Shown here one piece after another: positions 13,801 through 30,096 of a stretch of 64,000 bases of DNA. The number at the start of each line of letters is the position of its first letter. Position 1 is the first letter of the stretch. The notes below the pieces were generated by a model that was not told the origin of the DNA, made no database searches, and saw nothing but the letters and a program-made list of their open reading frames with translations. Position numbers and translations under genes: made by a program. The DNA comes from Chlorokybus atmophyticus (taxonomy: Eukaryota > Plantae > Mesostigma and Chlorokybus algae): NCBI GenBank assembly GCA_009103225.1, contig RHPI01002069.1, forward strand, positions 2,132,846-2,196,845. Direction: 5' to 3'.

Positions 13801-14467
13801 CAATGCGAACACTACATACAAGCCCAACAACACGCGAGTTACCGCACCGTGCACATGTACTGCATACAAGGCCATACACCACACACATGTAATTCTCTCT
13901 TTCTTGAAACGGGAGTAGACCAATGCTGTCGTTAGTGGATGGCATGTGAGCAACAAACAAACCGATCCTCACCAGTTGGGAAGAGGTCGCCTTTGCCAGT
14001 GGTGTCAATCCACATGGGGACCTGGCCGTCCACTCCATAGATCAGCGAGCGATTGGCAAGCTTCAGCACCAGAATGTCGCCCTGCACATGAATGCACGGT
14101 TACATATATCCTACGTACGTGCAGTACGTCTTCGCGCATGCAATGCACTGACACAACTAAAACTCGCAGCAGGCTCAAACAAGCCATGCAACAACATGAA
14201 GCTGACAGCATGGCAAGCTTAGTCAGTGCATGTGCTGGAAAGGAAACAATTCGTACTTCAAACGATGCTGAGCCCAGGCATATGCAACCTATGTGTTCAA
14301 CAGAAGCAGCAGCAGCAGCAGGAGCGGCACACCTTTGCGGGGAGGAGGTGGTCGAGGGCGGTGTCGTCAGCGGCGGGAAAGCGCTCCCGCAGGCGTGCCC
14401 TGAGCTTCTTGCGGTCCGACCCGGAAAGCCGGTTCTGGTGCTGCACTGGACTTGGCTTCTTGAACAT
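10860..14467 (-). CDS. EIF2D: Eukaryotic translation initiation factor 2D (ligatin): PUA, SWIB-like and SUI1 domains
   Basis: Start MFKKPSPVQHQNRLSGSDRKKLR; PUA segment VLGGADAMLPGV..VPGNPAPIAV (~13620-13800); LDVALCDALFKG (~11540-11580); SUI1 RQGRKKITRVTGLESY..KFACSTTV..VVIQG, stop at 10860. Confidence 0.92.
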
Positions 14468-14664
14468 GCTGCGCCTTCACCACCCCTCACTATCACGCTC
14501 ACCCGCACCCTCGCCTTGTACCAAGCGCTTTCACACGCAAGTGGCCTCCTCCTCCTCACCAACCTGTCTCTCCTCCTCCGGCTTCTTACTCTATTGGCAG
14601 CGACGGCGGCGACGACACGAGCCAGGCTATGAACGACAACTTGCTTTCATGCAGCAAAGCCGTT

Positions 14665-14673
14665 TTAGGGTTT
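14665..14673 (-). promoter_or_regulatory. Telo-box (AAACCCTAA) about 200 bp upstream of the eIF2D ATG
   Basis: TTAGGGTTT on +; plant telo-boxes are known in promoters of translation and ribosome-biogenesis genes. Confidence 0.5.
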
Positions 14674-14958
14674 TCTTGCAATTGCTGCTAAGTTGTCGTC
14701 GGTGTAGTCGTTGTGCGGTGGCGCTGGCGGCGGCGACCAAGTAACAGCGGGCTGCTGTCGCTTGAAAGCAGCTGACTGCTTTGGATCGCTTCTACCTCGC
14801 AGCAGCATATCTGTTTGGCAGGGTCAAGTACGCTGAGACGGCGTAGCTGTTGTCTGTGTCCAGCGGCTGACAAAATAGATGCAAGGAGCTGGTTGGTTTA
14901 CTTGTGCGTGCCTGTAGTGAAAGAAGTGACTAGCTAGTTCTCCCCTTTGAGTGAGGTG

Positions 14959-16331
14959 ATGGACGGCGGCGAGGAAGAGGCGGTCGGCTGGAGGAGGCGG
15001 AAGCGGGAAGATAAGGACGTGCTCTCAAGCTTTGACCCAGGTGAGCGGAGACTTGAAACCTGATATGGAGGTTCCGTGATCAATGCGATTGAATGTGAAT
15101 ATGTAAGTTGTCGCTGGCAGTCCCGCATTGACTTTCACACGTGTGTTCAATGGCATATCAAGTTCGTCTGCATGCAATGCGTTATCAACACCCAGTTACA
15201 ATTGGCTTGTCCAGCAGTCCTGTGAATGCTTAGCCGATACCGTATTATAGCATTAGGATACATTGATTATAGGCTACATGAGAGCTCCTTGTTAGTGTTT
15301 GCAATACCATACTCAACAGGATATGGTTGTGTCTTGGACCCCCCCCCCNNNNNNNNNNNNNNNNNNNNNNNNNNNNNNNNNNNNNNNNNNNNNNNNNNNN
15401 NNNNNNNNNNNNNNNNNNNNNNNNNNNNNNNNNNNNNNNNNNNNNNNNNNNNNNNNNNNNNNNNNNNNNNNNNNNNNNNNNNNNNNNNNNNNNNNNNNNN
15501 NNNNNNNNNNNNNNNNNNNNNNNNNNNNNNNNNNNNNCCACTCACACAATGCTCTGTGAAATGTTCACCAACCGTCATGTACCACTAAATGACAATGGGG
15601 GGGCGGAGGGTGGGTGGGGTGGGCGCATGCATGCGCACTCTGTCTCGCCCTTAGACGCCTCCCGGGATCTGAAATGGGGTCTGTTGAACTCAAGCGAATG
15701 TTTGTTTCTTGGCAGAGGCTGCAAAAGCGAGCGAAGGCGCTGCCATTTCCAGCAGGGATGACGACCTCTACCGTCAATTGGTGTCAAGGGTGAGCCTCAG
15801 CACGCAAAGTGCCGGGTGGTGCAGACATACACGGTTGGCACTCAGATGCTGGACATGTTTGCGATTGCGAGTGCCTTGGTGGCCAACTTGAGAGCAACTG
15901 CTAGCATCGTGAGCTGTGGCAATATTCAAGCATGCATTCATGTGTTGGGTGCTCTGCGTTGCGGTTGCACTGTTGCTTACACGCTGTGTCTGACAGATGA
16001 CTGGTGATGACGGGCCGGCGTATCTACATGGCCGAGGAGGTAAGGTGTAGCATGTGGTTAGTTATGTGGGTTGGGTTGAAAACGAGAATGACACATGTCC
16101 AGCAAGTGCTAATAGTACGGTGCGGTTTCTGTGTAAGCTCTGTGCAGAACACCAGCATGTGTTTGTGTGCTGACATCGTTTGCATGGGTAGTGCAGCGCT
16201 AGATAGCGACGATCTGCAGTATCTGAAGGAGATGGAAGCGCATGATAAGGACCGAGAAAGAGCGCGTGATCGAGCAGAGCGAATAGCATATGCTCAGTTC
16301 AAGATATCCTTACATTGTTACCCCCTCTTCC

Positions 16332-16426
<95 letters not shown>

Positions 16427-16963
16427 NTGCATGTGCTTTAGCGCTACACATCACAGTGAACATGCCTTGACTCGCTGAGCACGCTGCGGCAAATACGGCC
16501 GACAGTGAGGCACCGCCGCTGCTGGCACGAGTGGAGCCTAAAGTGAAAAAGCCTGCGCGGTATGTACACAATCATTCCACGTGCATTGCATTTCCGGAAG
16601 CGGATGTGACGACTGATCTTGCCAACGCTGACGCTCGAGGCATGCTGATGCAAACCATATTGACGCTTGTGCACAACAAACACCATGGCATTGCTATGCA
16701 GGCCTCAAGCGGAGGTGCTCAGAAACATTGTCCAGATAAAGCCCAAACGTCAAAAGACAGACGAGGACAAGCCAGCAGCCAGACTGGTTGCGTCAAAACC
16801 ATTGCAGCCAACTATTGCAGCTGACACCAAGCTGCAGAAGTCCACAACAGCAATGCAGGATGCTGCAAGACCAGCCAAGCTCGCACCCAAGCAACATGCA
16901 GACAGCAAAGGATTAGCTGGGTTGGTATCATATGGAGACAGTAGCGAAGATGAGGCTGACTAA
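14959..16963 (+). CDS. FAM192A/PSME3IP1 (NIP30)-like nuclear protein (tentative family)
   Basis: Exons join in frame: MDGGEEEAVGWRRRKREDKDVLSSFDP / ..RDDDLYRQLVSR / MTGDDGPAYLHGRG / ALDSDDLQYLKEMEAHDKDRER.. / ..VQIKPKRQK..GLAGLVSYGDSSEDEAD*. The RG(A)LDxDD and LVSYxDxSED motifs resemble FAM192A/NIP30. Confidence 0.55.
16333..16426. repeat. Poly(C) tract of 94 nt in an intron, ending at an N
   Basis: Directly visible; length may be a gap-filling artefact. Confidence 0.6.
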
Positions 16964-17079
16964 ACAAGAATGCAAAATCTCTTTGCACCCACTCAATCTG
17001 TACATGGAGTGTGCATAGTCTGCGCTATCTATGATAGCACTATGCGTGCGCTAACGATCGACACCACCTGTTGATGCAC

Positions 17080-20000
17080 TTACATTGAAGCGTCCGAATC
17101 ATCCTCTGAGCCTTCACCATATGCCTCAGTGCTGGCATCACTGCTGTCACCAGCACTGCTTCCGTCCTCGGAGGAGTCGATGTGGATGACATTGCTGCCG
17201 GCCTCCCGGCCAACGCGGCTGGCAGACTTGCACGCTCGCAGTGACTTCCGTGCAGCTGTCCTCATCTGCGGGACGGTTCGAGGTGCACTGCTGGTGCCTG
17301 CGGTCAGTGCCTTGCCCCTCGCTGCTGCCTTCACTGAGCTGATGGTGCTTCCTGGTGCGGTTGCTGGCGTGGCGGCTAGTGTGTGTGCGGGCGTGGCCAC
17401 AAGTTTTGCACTCGTGCCTCTGGAGAAAGGACCAGCTGCAGGTGTCACAGGTGACTGAGTTGGACCAATTGGCTTGAATGCCAAGCTTCTTGAGACTGGC
17501 TGCATTGCGGGTGTCTTGGCAGCCGGTTCGCTACTGTTGCCGGCATCAATGGTCCGCAAGGGGCTTCTGTATGGTCTTTTGCAACCCAGCACTGCAGCAG
17601 CACTGGCCGTTTTGCACTTCTCTTCCGGTGTCAGTGGCTCCTTGGGCAGTTGACCATTGATTTGACACGTAAACACAAAACCGATCTGCAAGAATGACAG
17701 CACTTAGAGTGATTGTGATCAGAGATTATCCAGCTGTCTGCTGCTGAAGGTGTCTCACTCACATGCTCGTCTCCTATTCGCTGTGTGATAGAGTCTGGTA
17801 CTGTTGCCGCTTCGGCATGGTGCGCCCAGTCCTTGAGGTCTTCTTCAGCAGGTGTTCCAACCTGCAGTACAGCAGTACAACAGGTAGATCGCTAACCATA
17901 CATCTGATTGGTTCTCTCGTGCTGCATCTCAGCCGTGTCACAAGATACCGCCAACCTGCAGTTCACATGGTTGGCGTTGTCGGCAGGGGATTGCAGTTTC
18001 CGCAAAGCCACCAATGTCTATAACTTCAGCTGCGCCTTCTTCGTCAGTGGCGTTGCTGGGTTTGCATCTTCGGCAGTTCAGCGTGTCATGTGTATCAGAC
18101 CTGGCGACCTGTTGTTTGAAAGATGGTTGCGCATTGCAGACACTTCTAATAGGTACTTACATTGTATCTCGGAAGTCGAACAACTTGCGCAGCTCTTCAG
18201 TCGACAAGGTGTTGACCTGCCAAATGTTGGGTTGTCATGCATGGGAGGTGCATGCAGCTGCACCGCATTGCACTAACTCCAGGTGAAGCGTGCAGCTGTT
18301 GAGGCCAAGCGCATGATTATCATGAGAGTTTGGCACTTTTATGTGGCACCTGTGCTTTTGCATCTGCAGCCGCACCAGCACTGGCATTGTTTACGACTGC
18401 TTGCAGGCCTTCCTTTGACAACTGGCGCTGGAAAATCTGTACGGAAACATGCGTTGGTATCATAGGTGTTTAGTGTCTGCAATCTGGCAGGTTGAGTCAC
18501 CTTTTCATCAATGCTACCAGCGGCGAGAAATCTATAAACAAAGACTCGCTTCTTTTGTCCATCCCTCCATATGCGAGCCGCAGCCTACACATTTGACGTT
18601 ATCTCAGCAGCTTGTCAAGCACGAAGCTCAAACTTGGAAGCAATTCCAGTCTGGCGCTAAAGACATTCATAGCTTTTGCACAAACTCACTGCTGTACCTG
18701 CTTGTCAGTTGCTGGATTCCAATCAGGGTCAAACAGCACGAGGCGGTTTCCACCAACAAGGTTAAGGCCACAGCCACCTGCTTTACTGCTCAGCAGGAAA
18801 GCGAACTGGTCCTGTGAGAAACGGAGAGCATAAGTAGTAGCCACCACTACTTACACTGAAGGGATCACTGCAGGCATGCTACCTGGTTGAAGTCGTTGAA
18901 TGCCTGTACAAGCTTTTGCCGCTTGCCAATGGCTGTTGAACCAGTCAGCTTAAGGTATGGGTAATGTCTCTCTCGGCAGAGGTTTTCAACCAGGTCCAAC
19001 GTCTGTTAAAGCATCATGTCTAATCCCAATGCTTTAGCTGCAGGTCAATGCACATTCAGGGTTGATTACCTGCGTGTAGTTGGACACCAGCACAATGCGA
19101 TCCTTTGTCTCTGTCCGCAGCATGTGCAGCATACGTGCAAGGACAGCCATCTTCCCAGACAGCTCAGGCCAATTGTCGAGGGCATCAGAGGTCCATCTTG
19201 CCGCTCCTAGCGACCTGTCAACATCATATAAGTGAGAAGGGCCATGGCTACAGTGCACTTCTGCTGGTAAACCGTCAACATTTGACCTGCGTTCTGATTC
19301 AGCAGGCAGCAGTTGTGCGCAGCTTTGCAACAAGCTGGCGTCCATGTTACCAGTCTTGCGCATATCTTCGACCACGAGCTGAAGCACATGACGAATGTCA
19401 GCGCACATACCAGTAGCGCGCTGGCAGTTTCCTAGTCAAGCAACAAACCTTTGGGTGGTTGCAAAGCTTTTTCAACAATGTAATTGTTGAAAGTGCTTGG
19501 GATGCATCCCTGCGCTTGTCCCCTTCCAGCAAGAGTTTGCGCACCTGCACAAGTCTATCAGAGTGTGTCTTGCTAAGCATGTGTAGCTGTACTTACCGAT
19601 TTGGAATTGATGACGTGCTGGTACATCTTGGACTGCAGGTTACCCATTTTACAGCAAACAACAGCTACAAGCTGCCAGACAGTGGTACATCCCGAAGAGT
19701 CAGCTGTAAAGCTACATAGCATAAGCTATAATGCTACATAGCAAGTTCAATGAACAGGGGCTTCCTGTGATTAATTGCACGTACTTTTGGTGGGAGATGG
19801 GCGGACAACAAGGCGTTTGTCCTTCTGAGAATGAACTGCAGCAGAGCACGCATCGCATTTAGCTGCAGTCACCACATGCGAGTGCACTGTTGCTGCCGCC
19901 AAACCTGATTGACTTGCTCGCTAAGCTCTGCTGAACGCTCAGCGCCAAGATGGCGCTCAGCTTCCGATGCATCTGGTTCTCTTCCGTTTAGAATAGGTGC

Positions 20001-21990
20001 CTGGACGTTTTATGTTGCTGTGTCTCTTGCTCACTTGTCTGGCAACGGTAAAGCATTCAGCATTACCTCAAACCTCCTTCTGAACTGTCCCGGGTCACCA
20101 AGGATGCCAGGGTTGGTGAAGTTCACCATAGCAAAAAACTCGTCCAGATCATTCTGCAAGCAGTGTGTCAACAACAAACATACATGATTTGTTCTGCGCG
20201 AAAGCAGCTACTCACCTGCATGGGTGTGCCGGACAGCAGTACCCTACGCCGGCATTGAAGTGATGCCAGTGCCTGTCAGAGACTAAAATTGAACTGTGTG
20301 CTCCACATACACAGCAGCACTGGAGCTCATGCACATGCATTTCAAGCAAATGTGACTGTGACTGTTTGAAATCGCTTGCAGGCTTAAGAGCACCTGGTTT
20401 GTAAGGGTCTTGTCGTTTTTCAGGCGATGCGCTTCATCACAGATGAGGAGATCACATGCATCCCCTTTGAAGCGGGCAGCGTGGATTCTGAATGTCTCGT
20501 AGGATATGATGAGCACCTGGATGCAGGATGTCAGACCGCATGCTGCATGCACATCCACGGTAATGCAAGTTGACCTGCGCTGCTGGACGTGGAGCCAGAA
20601 AAGACGCAATCCCTGAGAGTACATCTGCGCGTGTGGACTCGCATAATGCCACGCATGTGCAGCGCCCGTGCAACCATTTGCTGAGCTCGTTTTCCCAATT
20701 GCTGACCAGACTGGTGGGTGTCACAATGATGGCACGTTTGGCCACTGGGGTGCCAGTGAATCCTTGTCTCAGCAAAGTCCAGAGAAGTGTGATAGCCTGC
20801 AGACAAATGACAGTTCAATGGTTGCCAGCACAGCATAAGCATGGGCACATGTGTGCAGAGCATAGGCAGGAACCTGCAGAGTTTTTCCCAGGCCCATGTC
20901 ATCTGCAAGGATGCATCCACAGCAACCGGCTGCATCACCATCTCTTTTGCTAAACTCGCGCAATCCAGCAACACACTCGAACATGAACTGTACACCGTTG
21001 CTGCACCGCATAATGGTAAACATTACAGCCAAAGACCTGTCATGCACACCCACAGCGCAACAACGCACCGTTGGTGTTCACGTAGAAACTTGACTAGCAT
21101 AGGGTCCACGCTGATGGGCTGCACAGGCTCCCCTTTCTCATTGCATACACCATCCTCTGGCTCCCACAGCACGAGCGGAGCAATACCTGGCGGCAGCTTG
21201 CTGTCATCTTCATCCTCAGTTGCTGCCAGTACTGGAGCAAATAACGGCCGCCTTTCACCCAAGTTCACGGGAACCCACAGTTTACGAGCTTTGAGCCGCC
21301 GCACTAGCTCTGTGCTGGGACCAACAGAGGCACCAGGGCATGGCGACTTGAATGCTCGAAGTACGACATCTGTCTTTGGTGCAGTCAGTAATCTTGGCAG
21401 CAGTGCATGGCGCTCGACTATAACATCGCCCCTGAGGCGTTAAACCAATACATAGTTGGCAGATGCAAAAAGTTGTGCACAGTGGAAGGGCATTGCGTTG
21501 CACAGTTGAGCCTGTATTATGTACCTCAGCAATGCTGCCATGTTGGCTGCTTTTGGATCCTGTAACGATGCTTCAGCCTCAGTTTGCACACCTGCGATCC
21601 CATCCTCATCCTCTTCGTCACTAGCGCTGTTCGCTGCCTTTTCATCATCGTCGTCATCAGGTTCGGCACTGGTCTGCAAGCACATGCGTAAGTCAAACCC
21701 ATGGCCTATCCTGTGTGCATGCTGGTTGCAGTAGGAGTCGCTGTGACAACTACACTAACACGAGACATTTCACTGCTCGAACTTACTCGGTCAGCGCCAG
21801 GGTTCTCATCGTGCACTTTCTGCCATGGAGGTTGGCGCGGGGCTGACTTGGGCTCCTGCACTGCTACGCTGCTTCGCCTGGTCCTGGCTGCTTTTGGTAT
21901 ACCTAACCGCCTTATTGGGATGGCGTTTTCGTCGTTGCCGTCATCCTCATCATCGCTATTCAGCACGACATCCCGCCGGTCTCGATGCAT
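17080..21990 (-). CDS. RAD54: DNA repair and recombination protein RAD54 (SNF2-family ATPase)
   Basis: [138 protein letters not shown]; long low-complexity last exon (ORF 17080-17703). Start codon approximate. Confidence 0.95.
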
Positions 21991-22472
21991 TCAGCTTAGC
22001 AGGCTACGCAGCTGCCACTTCCATCAGCGTTGGCACGACACCATGCGCCGGTACACGCACACACCGTGCACGAACAGCAACCTTCAGCAGAAACACGTCT
22101 TTAGCAACAGGTCATACACAAAGCTGCAACATCACCACTCCCGCAAAGCACCCGCAACGCCTCTGCCGCCGCCGCTGCCGCCACGCTGCTGTGCTACTCT
22201 CAGTTTGAATCAAATCTCCCGCGCGTTCAGTGCAAGCACGCACACTGCGAACGCATCCTGCTTGGCGCAGGCGGGCATTTCTTTGGAACGTTAAGCAAGT
22301 TAAGCTGGTGCCATTCAGTGCAGACAAGCTGTTGTCGTTTCCAGTAGGCGGGCATCTCGGTTAGGAGCTAGCCAGTAGGCCTACCAGCAGCTTCTTAGCG
22401 GACGTCTTGCTTGGCGGGGACAGCGGCGGCGGCAGCGGAGGTGGGGATGGTTGGGTCAGCCTGCGGAAAGGC

Positions 22473-23605
22473 ATGTTGACGTCTACGGAGATTATTGATG
22501 CTCTATTTGCAGAGATCAGTGAGGCGGGTGGAGCCCCTTTGGGAGCCAGAGAACGTGAGTGCCAAGCAGCTTATATTACCTACTAAACTCAAGCACCGTA
22601 ACCTAAAGTTATGTATTGAGACGAGGGCTTGCGTGCCATGCGTGTCAACTTACCATGTCTTGCTGTTTGCAGTAAGCGAGGCGCATTTGTCAAAGTGAGT
22701 GAGGCTTCCAAGTTCTATGGCCGTCAATCTGTCTGAGGTTCCCGGTACTGCTTGTACTTAGCTATCTCTGATTGCGCACCGTGCATGCTCAGGCTGCTGT
22801 TTCTGTTTGGCACCAACGGAAAAAAGCTTCATCAAGCCCTCAGGATCATCGACAGCAAGGCCGTTGAGTGTGTTAAGGGAGAGCCTAGTGGGCGCAGCGT
22901 CTTCAAGGCAAGTACCATGCCCATTGCCCCCCGTTTTCGCGTTCCCCTATGCATCTACCTCTCCTTCATTACAGTCTGTGCATATGTGCTGAATAGGCTC
23001 AGGTCTACTGCCGGAGTTCGACATGTATGTCCAACGCATGCCATCTCTGTGCATATGTTGTTTCGCGTTGAAGTGTGTACGCGTGTGCTGCATGCTAGAT
23101 TGTTTGGCCAGGTGCAGGCTTTTTGTTGAGTGTGTGTATGCGCGGCCCTCCCGGGGGTGGGGGGTGGGTCACATAGTGGTCAAGTGCAGCATGTGATACA
23201 TGAACATTGTTGCTATTATGCTTATGGAATGGCTGAATCAATACTAATGTGCTGTGTCATCTGCGTGCAGGTGAAAAGCGAGGCTGTTGGTAAACGCGGA
23301 ACTTCCAAGGACTACATTTGCTTTTCTAACCAATTCTGCTTTTGCGAAAGCTTCTTCTACGGTGTCATCAGCAAAAGCACAGACAGCTGTGTACGTTGGC
23401 AGCTGTGCATGCATGCGTGACATGCTACTTTTCCGCAATGTAGATGTGCTATAGATCAACTGTCGTGTTGGCTGCAACGACCAGACTGATCTTTGTTTGG
23501 TTGCAGTGCAAACATCAGCTCGCAGCTCGGATTGCGGAAAGCTTGGGCCGTTACGAAACAAGGGCGGTATCTGACCTGCAGCTGGTCAAACTTCTGCAGT
23601 TGTAA
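22473..23605 (+). CDS. SWS1: SWIM zinc-finger protein ZSWIM7/SWS1 (Shu complex)
   Basis: Spliced product MLTSTEIIDALFAEISEAGG..LSKLLFLFG..ALRIIDSKAV..PSGRSVFK/VKS..DYICFSNQFCFCESFFYGVISKSTDSC/CKHQLAARIAESLG..LLQL*; SWIM motif CxC..CxH. GC donor at 22908. Confidence 0.88.
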
Positions 23606-25055
23606 GCAACTGCCGGCCAGGCTGCATACGATTGCTTGCTCGACTCAGAGTCATTGACCATACATAGTCTGCAGGTGACTTGTTGCGTTTCTGCAGTTGT
23701 ACCCCAAAACAGCCCAGGCGTCCGTCCTGCGGCGCTTTATGAATTAACGTAAAGCACACGCAACCCAGAGCGCCTAGACACAGTTGAGTTAAAAGACAGG
23801 AAGCGTGGTTGTCCAGACACTGATGGTGCACTGTCACCTATACATGCCGTTTGCAGCCTGCTTGCACTCGTCATACAAACCCAGTCATGCCGATCGCGAT
23901 GCAGCCATGGTGCAGGTCAGAACTTGCCATGGTGGTAGTTCTTGATCACCCAACTATATCATGCAACTACAGAAATACAGAAAATACACGACACATATGC
24001 ACATGCACGACACATGCAATGGACCCAGCATGACGTCAACATGCACACTGTTCATGTAGACCAGCGGGCTACTATTACTCACTAACTTCACCACCTACTC
24101 TACTACCAACACCCCGTTAGCCACAGCAATCAGTATATGCAGTACATGTAGTACCTGCCCACATGCGCCGTGGTTGTCATGCAATCATTAGCCATCGACA
24201 AATGGGTTAAAATCAATGTGCGCAATGGTCACTCGGCACATCCTTGACCAGGTGATGGAACAACTCACACCTGGCTGTATATTAGCTAAGATGGCAGTAG
24301 CGAGCAGGCTATGGTAGCACAGCTAACGCTGCACAGATAATAGAACTAATTACACATGTACACAGATGCGCTGCAGTAGTTTGTCACTTGCTAACACACC
24401 TCTCATGTTCGCATGCACGCGCACACACGCGTGGGCGCATGCATGCTCACACCTCTGTGTTAGTGTGCAAATCATGCACGCCACCATCTTGACTGCTGCG
24501 ATTTAGTGCACACCTTGCCATGATTTTGCTGTGTTGTGTACAGGAAATCGAAGGTGTTAATGTGATCTCAAAACTATTGGTGGTTTGTGCAGGGTTTGCA
24601 CGTGCATGACATGTACCGGTCGGTTAGTGTGACTAGTTAGGGGAGCTCTTATTTTGTGGGCATTACTGCATTTGCCCAATGCTGCTGTAGTATACCATGT
24701 TGTCTTAACATGCGTGCGGATGTCAGCTGGTCATGACTTCCACCATAAGCAACACGCACTTGGAAGGCAGCTGCTGTAGAATTGATGTCCGCGCCAAACG
24801 AACACTCTAGAAGAAAAATATCAGGCAAGCAACTGCTTGCCTCAGATTCTGGCGTGTCCCTCTCTGGGTTTGCTTGGCGGAGCTCTGCTGTGAATTATTT
24901 AGTTCAACCGGACTTACCAGCCGGGTGTAATGGACCTCGTTAAATCCCACGCAAATTGTTGGAACGTGAAAAGGTGGAAGCACGTGCGTGCATCATGCAG
25001 GAGCACCTACTCAAATTGCTGTACAGTTGCCACCACGTCATTGAACTTGAGCAAC

Positions 25056-28065
<3,010 letters not shown>

Positions 28066-28218
28066 GCCAAAACGAATACCCTCCACGCAGCTGGCAGCTC
28101 GACTACGCCGATGCAAGCTGACTTCTTCTCGACCAACTGCGTCTCTAACGGCTCCTCGTAACCTCACCACCGGACACCTCCGCCACCTCCGCCGCCGGCG
28201 CCGCCAAGCTACATGTGC

Positions 28219-28227
28219 AACCCTAAA
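28219..28227 (+). promoter_or_regulatory. Telo-box-like AACCCTAAA in the KRR1/AKTIP shared upstream region
   Basis: Seen about 155 bp upstream of the KRR1 ATG; KRR1 is a ribosome-biogenesis gene. Confidence 0.4.
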
Positions 28228-28450
28228 CACTTGAAATGAGCAGCAGAACGGATATCATGCTTGACACGATATACTATTGAGATGTCAGATGGTTGGTGAA
28301 ATCAGGTTTGCAGACTGCAGTTCAAACATTCAAACAGTCCGGGAAACGGTCTCACTGGCGGCGGCGGCGGCGGCGTGGGTTTTGGGAGGGTGGGCGTGGT
28401 TCAGGGGGCGAGGGTAGCGGCATTGGACTGTTCGCCACAGATTAGCTGTC

Positions 28451-30096
28451 ATGAGGCCCGACCGCCGGCGGGTGTCCGCGGCGGGGGGGCGGAGGACGCT
28501 GGAGGAACGTCTGCTGAGAGAATAGTGAGTGACTTGATTGACTGCTGTTGTGCTGCAGTGGTCCAGTGGGATACTTGAAGTGGGGTTCACGTGACAATAT
28601 TGTTCTTGGTAATACAAACAAAAATCTTGGTTGAGTTGCTTGTTGGGATTTCGGCAGTAAACTGTTCACGGAGCGGCTGACTTCCGGAGTGTACGCCGCA
28701 CCTTCGCTGGACTCTGCCTTGGGTGAGCTCATTTGTCAAGTATGAACTAGTTTAGTTTAAGTGGTTGTTCAAAGCTGATACACGGGCTGTGTGCAGCAGT
28801 TTTGCGTGTACAGTCATTTAGCCTCGTGCACTGATACATCCGAGATGAGCCTCTTTCTTGACATGTGCTTGTGTATGTGCAGTCTGGCATGGAGTTATCT
28901 TCCCGCAAGAAGTAAGTACCCTTGAACTGATGTTTTCTTTGAGTTCAGCAAGAAACAATTGGTCACTGTGACGGTTTGCGTGGCTTGGCAGTTCATATAC
29001 TCTGGAGGCATCTTCAAGTTCACTCTAGAGATACCGGAGAAGTAAGCGCTTTTGGCACATCAGGCGCAAGGCACAGACACGCACGCACGCACGCACGCAC
29101 GCACGCAGATATGTGCACGTATATGCATGCAGATGTAATTGTCACTCTCCACTGTTGTGATGCGTCGTTGACACATGCCGGTGTGCAGTTATCCGGCAGA
29201 AGCGCCTGTTGTGGTGTTCACGTCGCGTGTCTTCCATCCTCGCGTGGGCCTGTCGGGAGAGCTGAGCATCAGTGACCAGAATCTGATGCGGAACATTGGG
29301 GAGGTGCATTGTCTTTGACGGGCATTTAGTTGGACCCAACCATTTCACAAATCCTGTTCACGCAGCACTCTAACAGATGGTTATCACTCTCAGGACGACT
29401 TCATAGCCAACCTTCTGCTCTATGTAAGAGATATGTTTGATCACATTGATGTCAAGGCCCCGGCAAACCCGCTCGCTGCACAACTGTGAGCGTCATTTCA
29501 CTCTATCAGGGCACACTCCTCCTTGCTGTTATGCTGCAGCTATGCATTATCTTGCAAGAGTGTGGGCCCAGATACCATGGTACGACTCCCAACACAGGTA
29601 TCACATGAGTCAAGAGGAGTTCCAAGCAGAGGCCGAGGAGTGCGTGGCCACCTCGCTAGACGAGATGTACTTGAATGAGTCCGAAACCAGCATCAAGTTT
29701 ACTGAGGAGATTGAAGCGCATGAAGCCCTACGACATCAGATCCTCGGCCCCAAACAAGTATGGGTGTGTGCTTGTGTGTGCGTCTGGGTGGGTGTGAGTG
29801 GGTGGGTAGGTCTGCACTTGTTTACGGGCTTCCAGCCAATGTCATGTGTGCGCGTGCACACAACACATTAAAATCTGAATGTGCTGGTTGACCAGCTGCA
29901 TATCCATATAAAGGCAACAGTGTGGACAACATCTCAGGTGCAGGTCAGAGACGCAGAGCCTCATGTGCAGCAGCAAAGGACGCCCTTTGCGCCGGCCCAG
30001 CGTGTGAATCAGATGGTGACAGACACACCGTCTTCATCTACCTCTACTGCTTCTGTGGTGCGGCGATCAGCGTTCTCACTTGTAATGACTGGATGA
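28451..30096 (+). CDS. AKTIP: AKTIP/FTS (fused toes) catalytically inactive ubiquitin E2 variant
   Basis: Spliced product ..LLREY/KLFTERLTSGVYAAPSLDSAL/VWHGVIFPQE/..IYSGGIFKFTLEIPE/NYPAEAPVVVFTSRVFHPRVGLSGEL../DDFIANLLLYVRDMFDHIDVKAPANPLAAQL/..SIKFTEEIEAHEALRHQIL, matching the AKTIP pattern (GVYVQPS..WFGVIF..GVFKF..FHP..GEL..LMYARRVFYKID..PLNPEAA). No catalytic Cys after FHP. Confidence 0.82.

Noticed and set aside
15240-15348. MITE end TA|CCGTATT in a NIP30-like intron
   Set aside because: The opposite terminus is not visible (gap), so it was not listed as a feature.
1304-16571. ORFs with poly-X, poly-Pro or poly-Gly runs
   Set aside because: Artefacts of N gaps and homopolymer tracts.
23610-24950. 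Additional gene between SWS1 and KRR1
   Set aside because: Short ORFs have no recognisable motifs or consistent splice pattern; likely UTR or intergenic.
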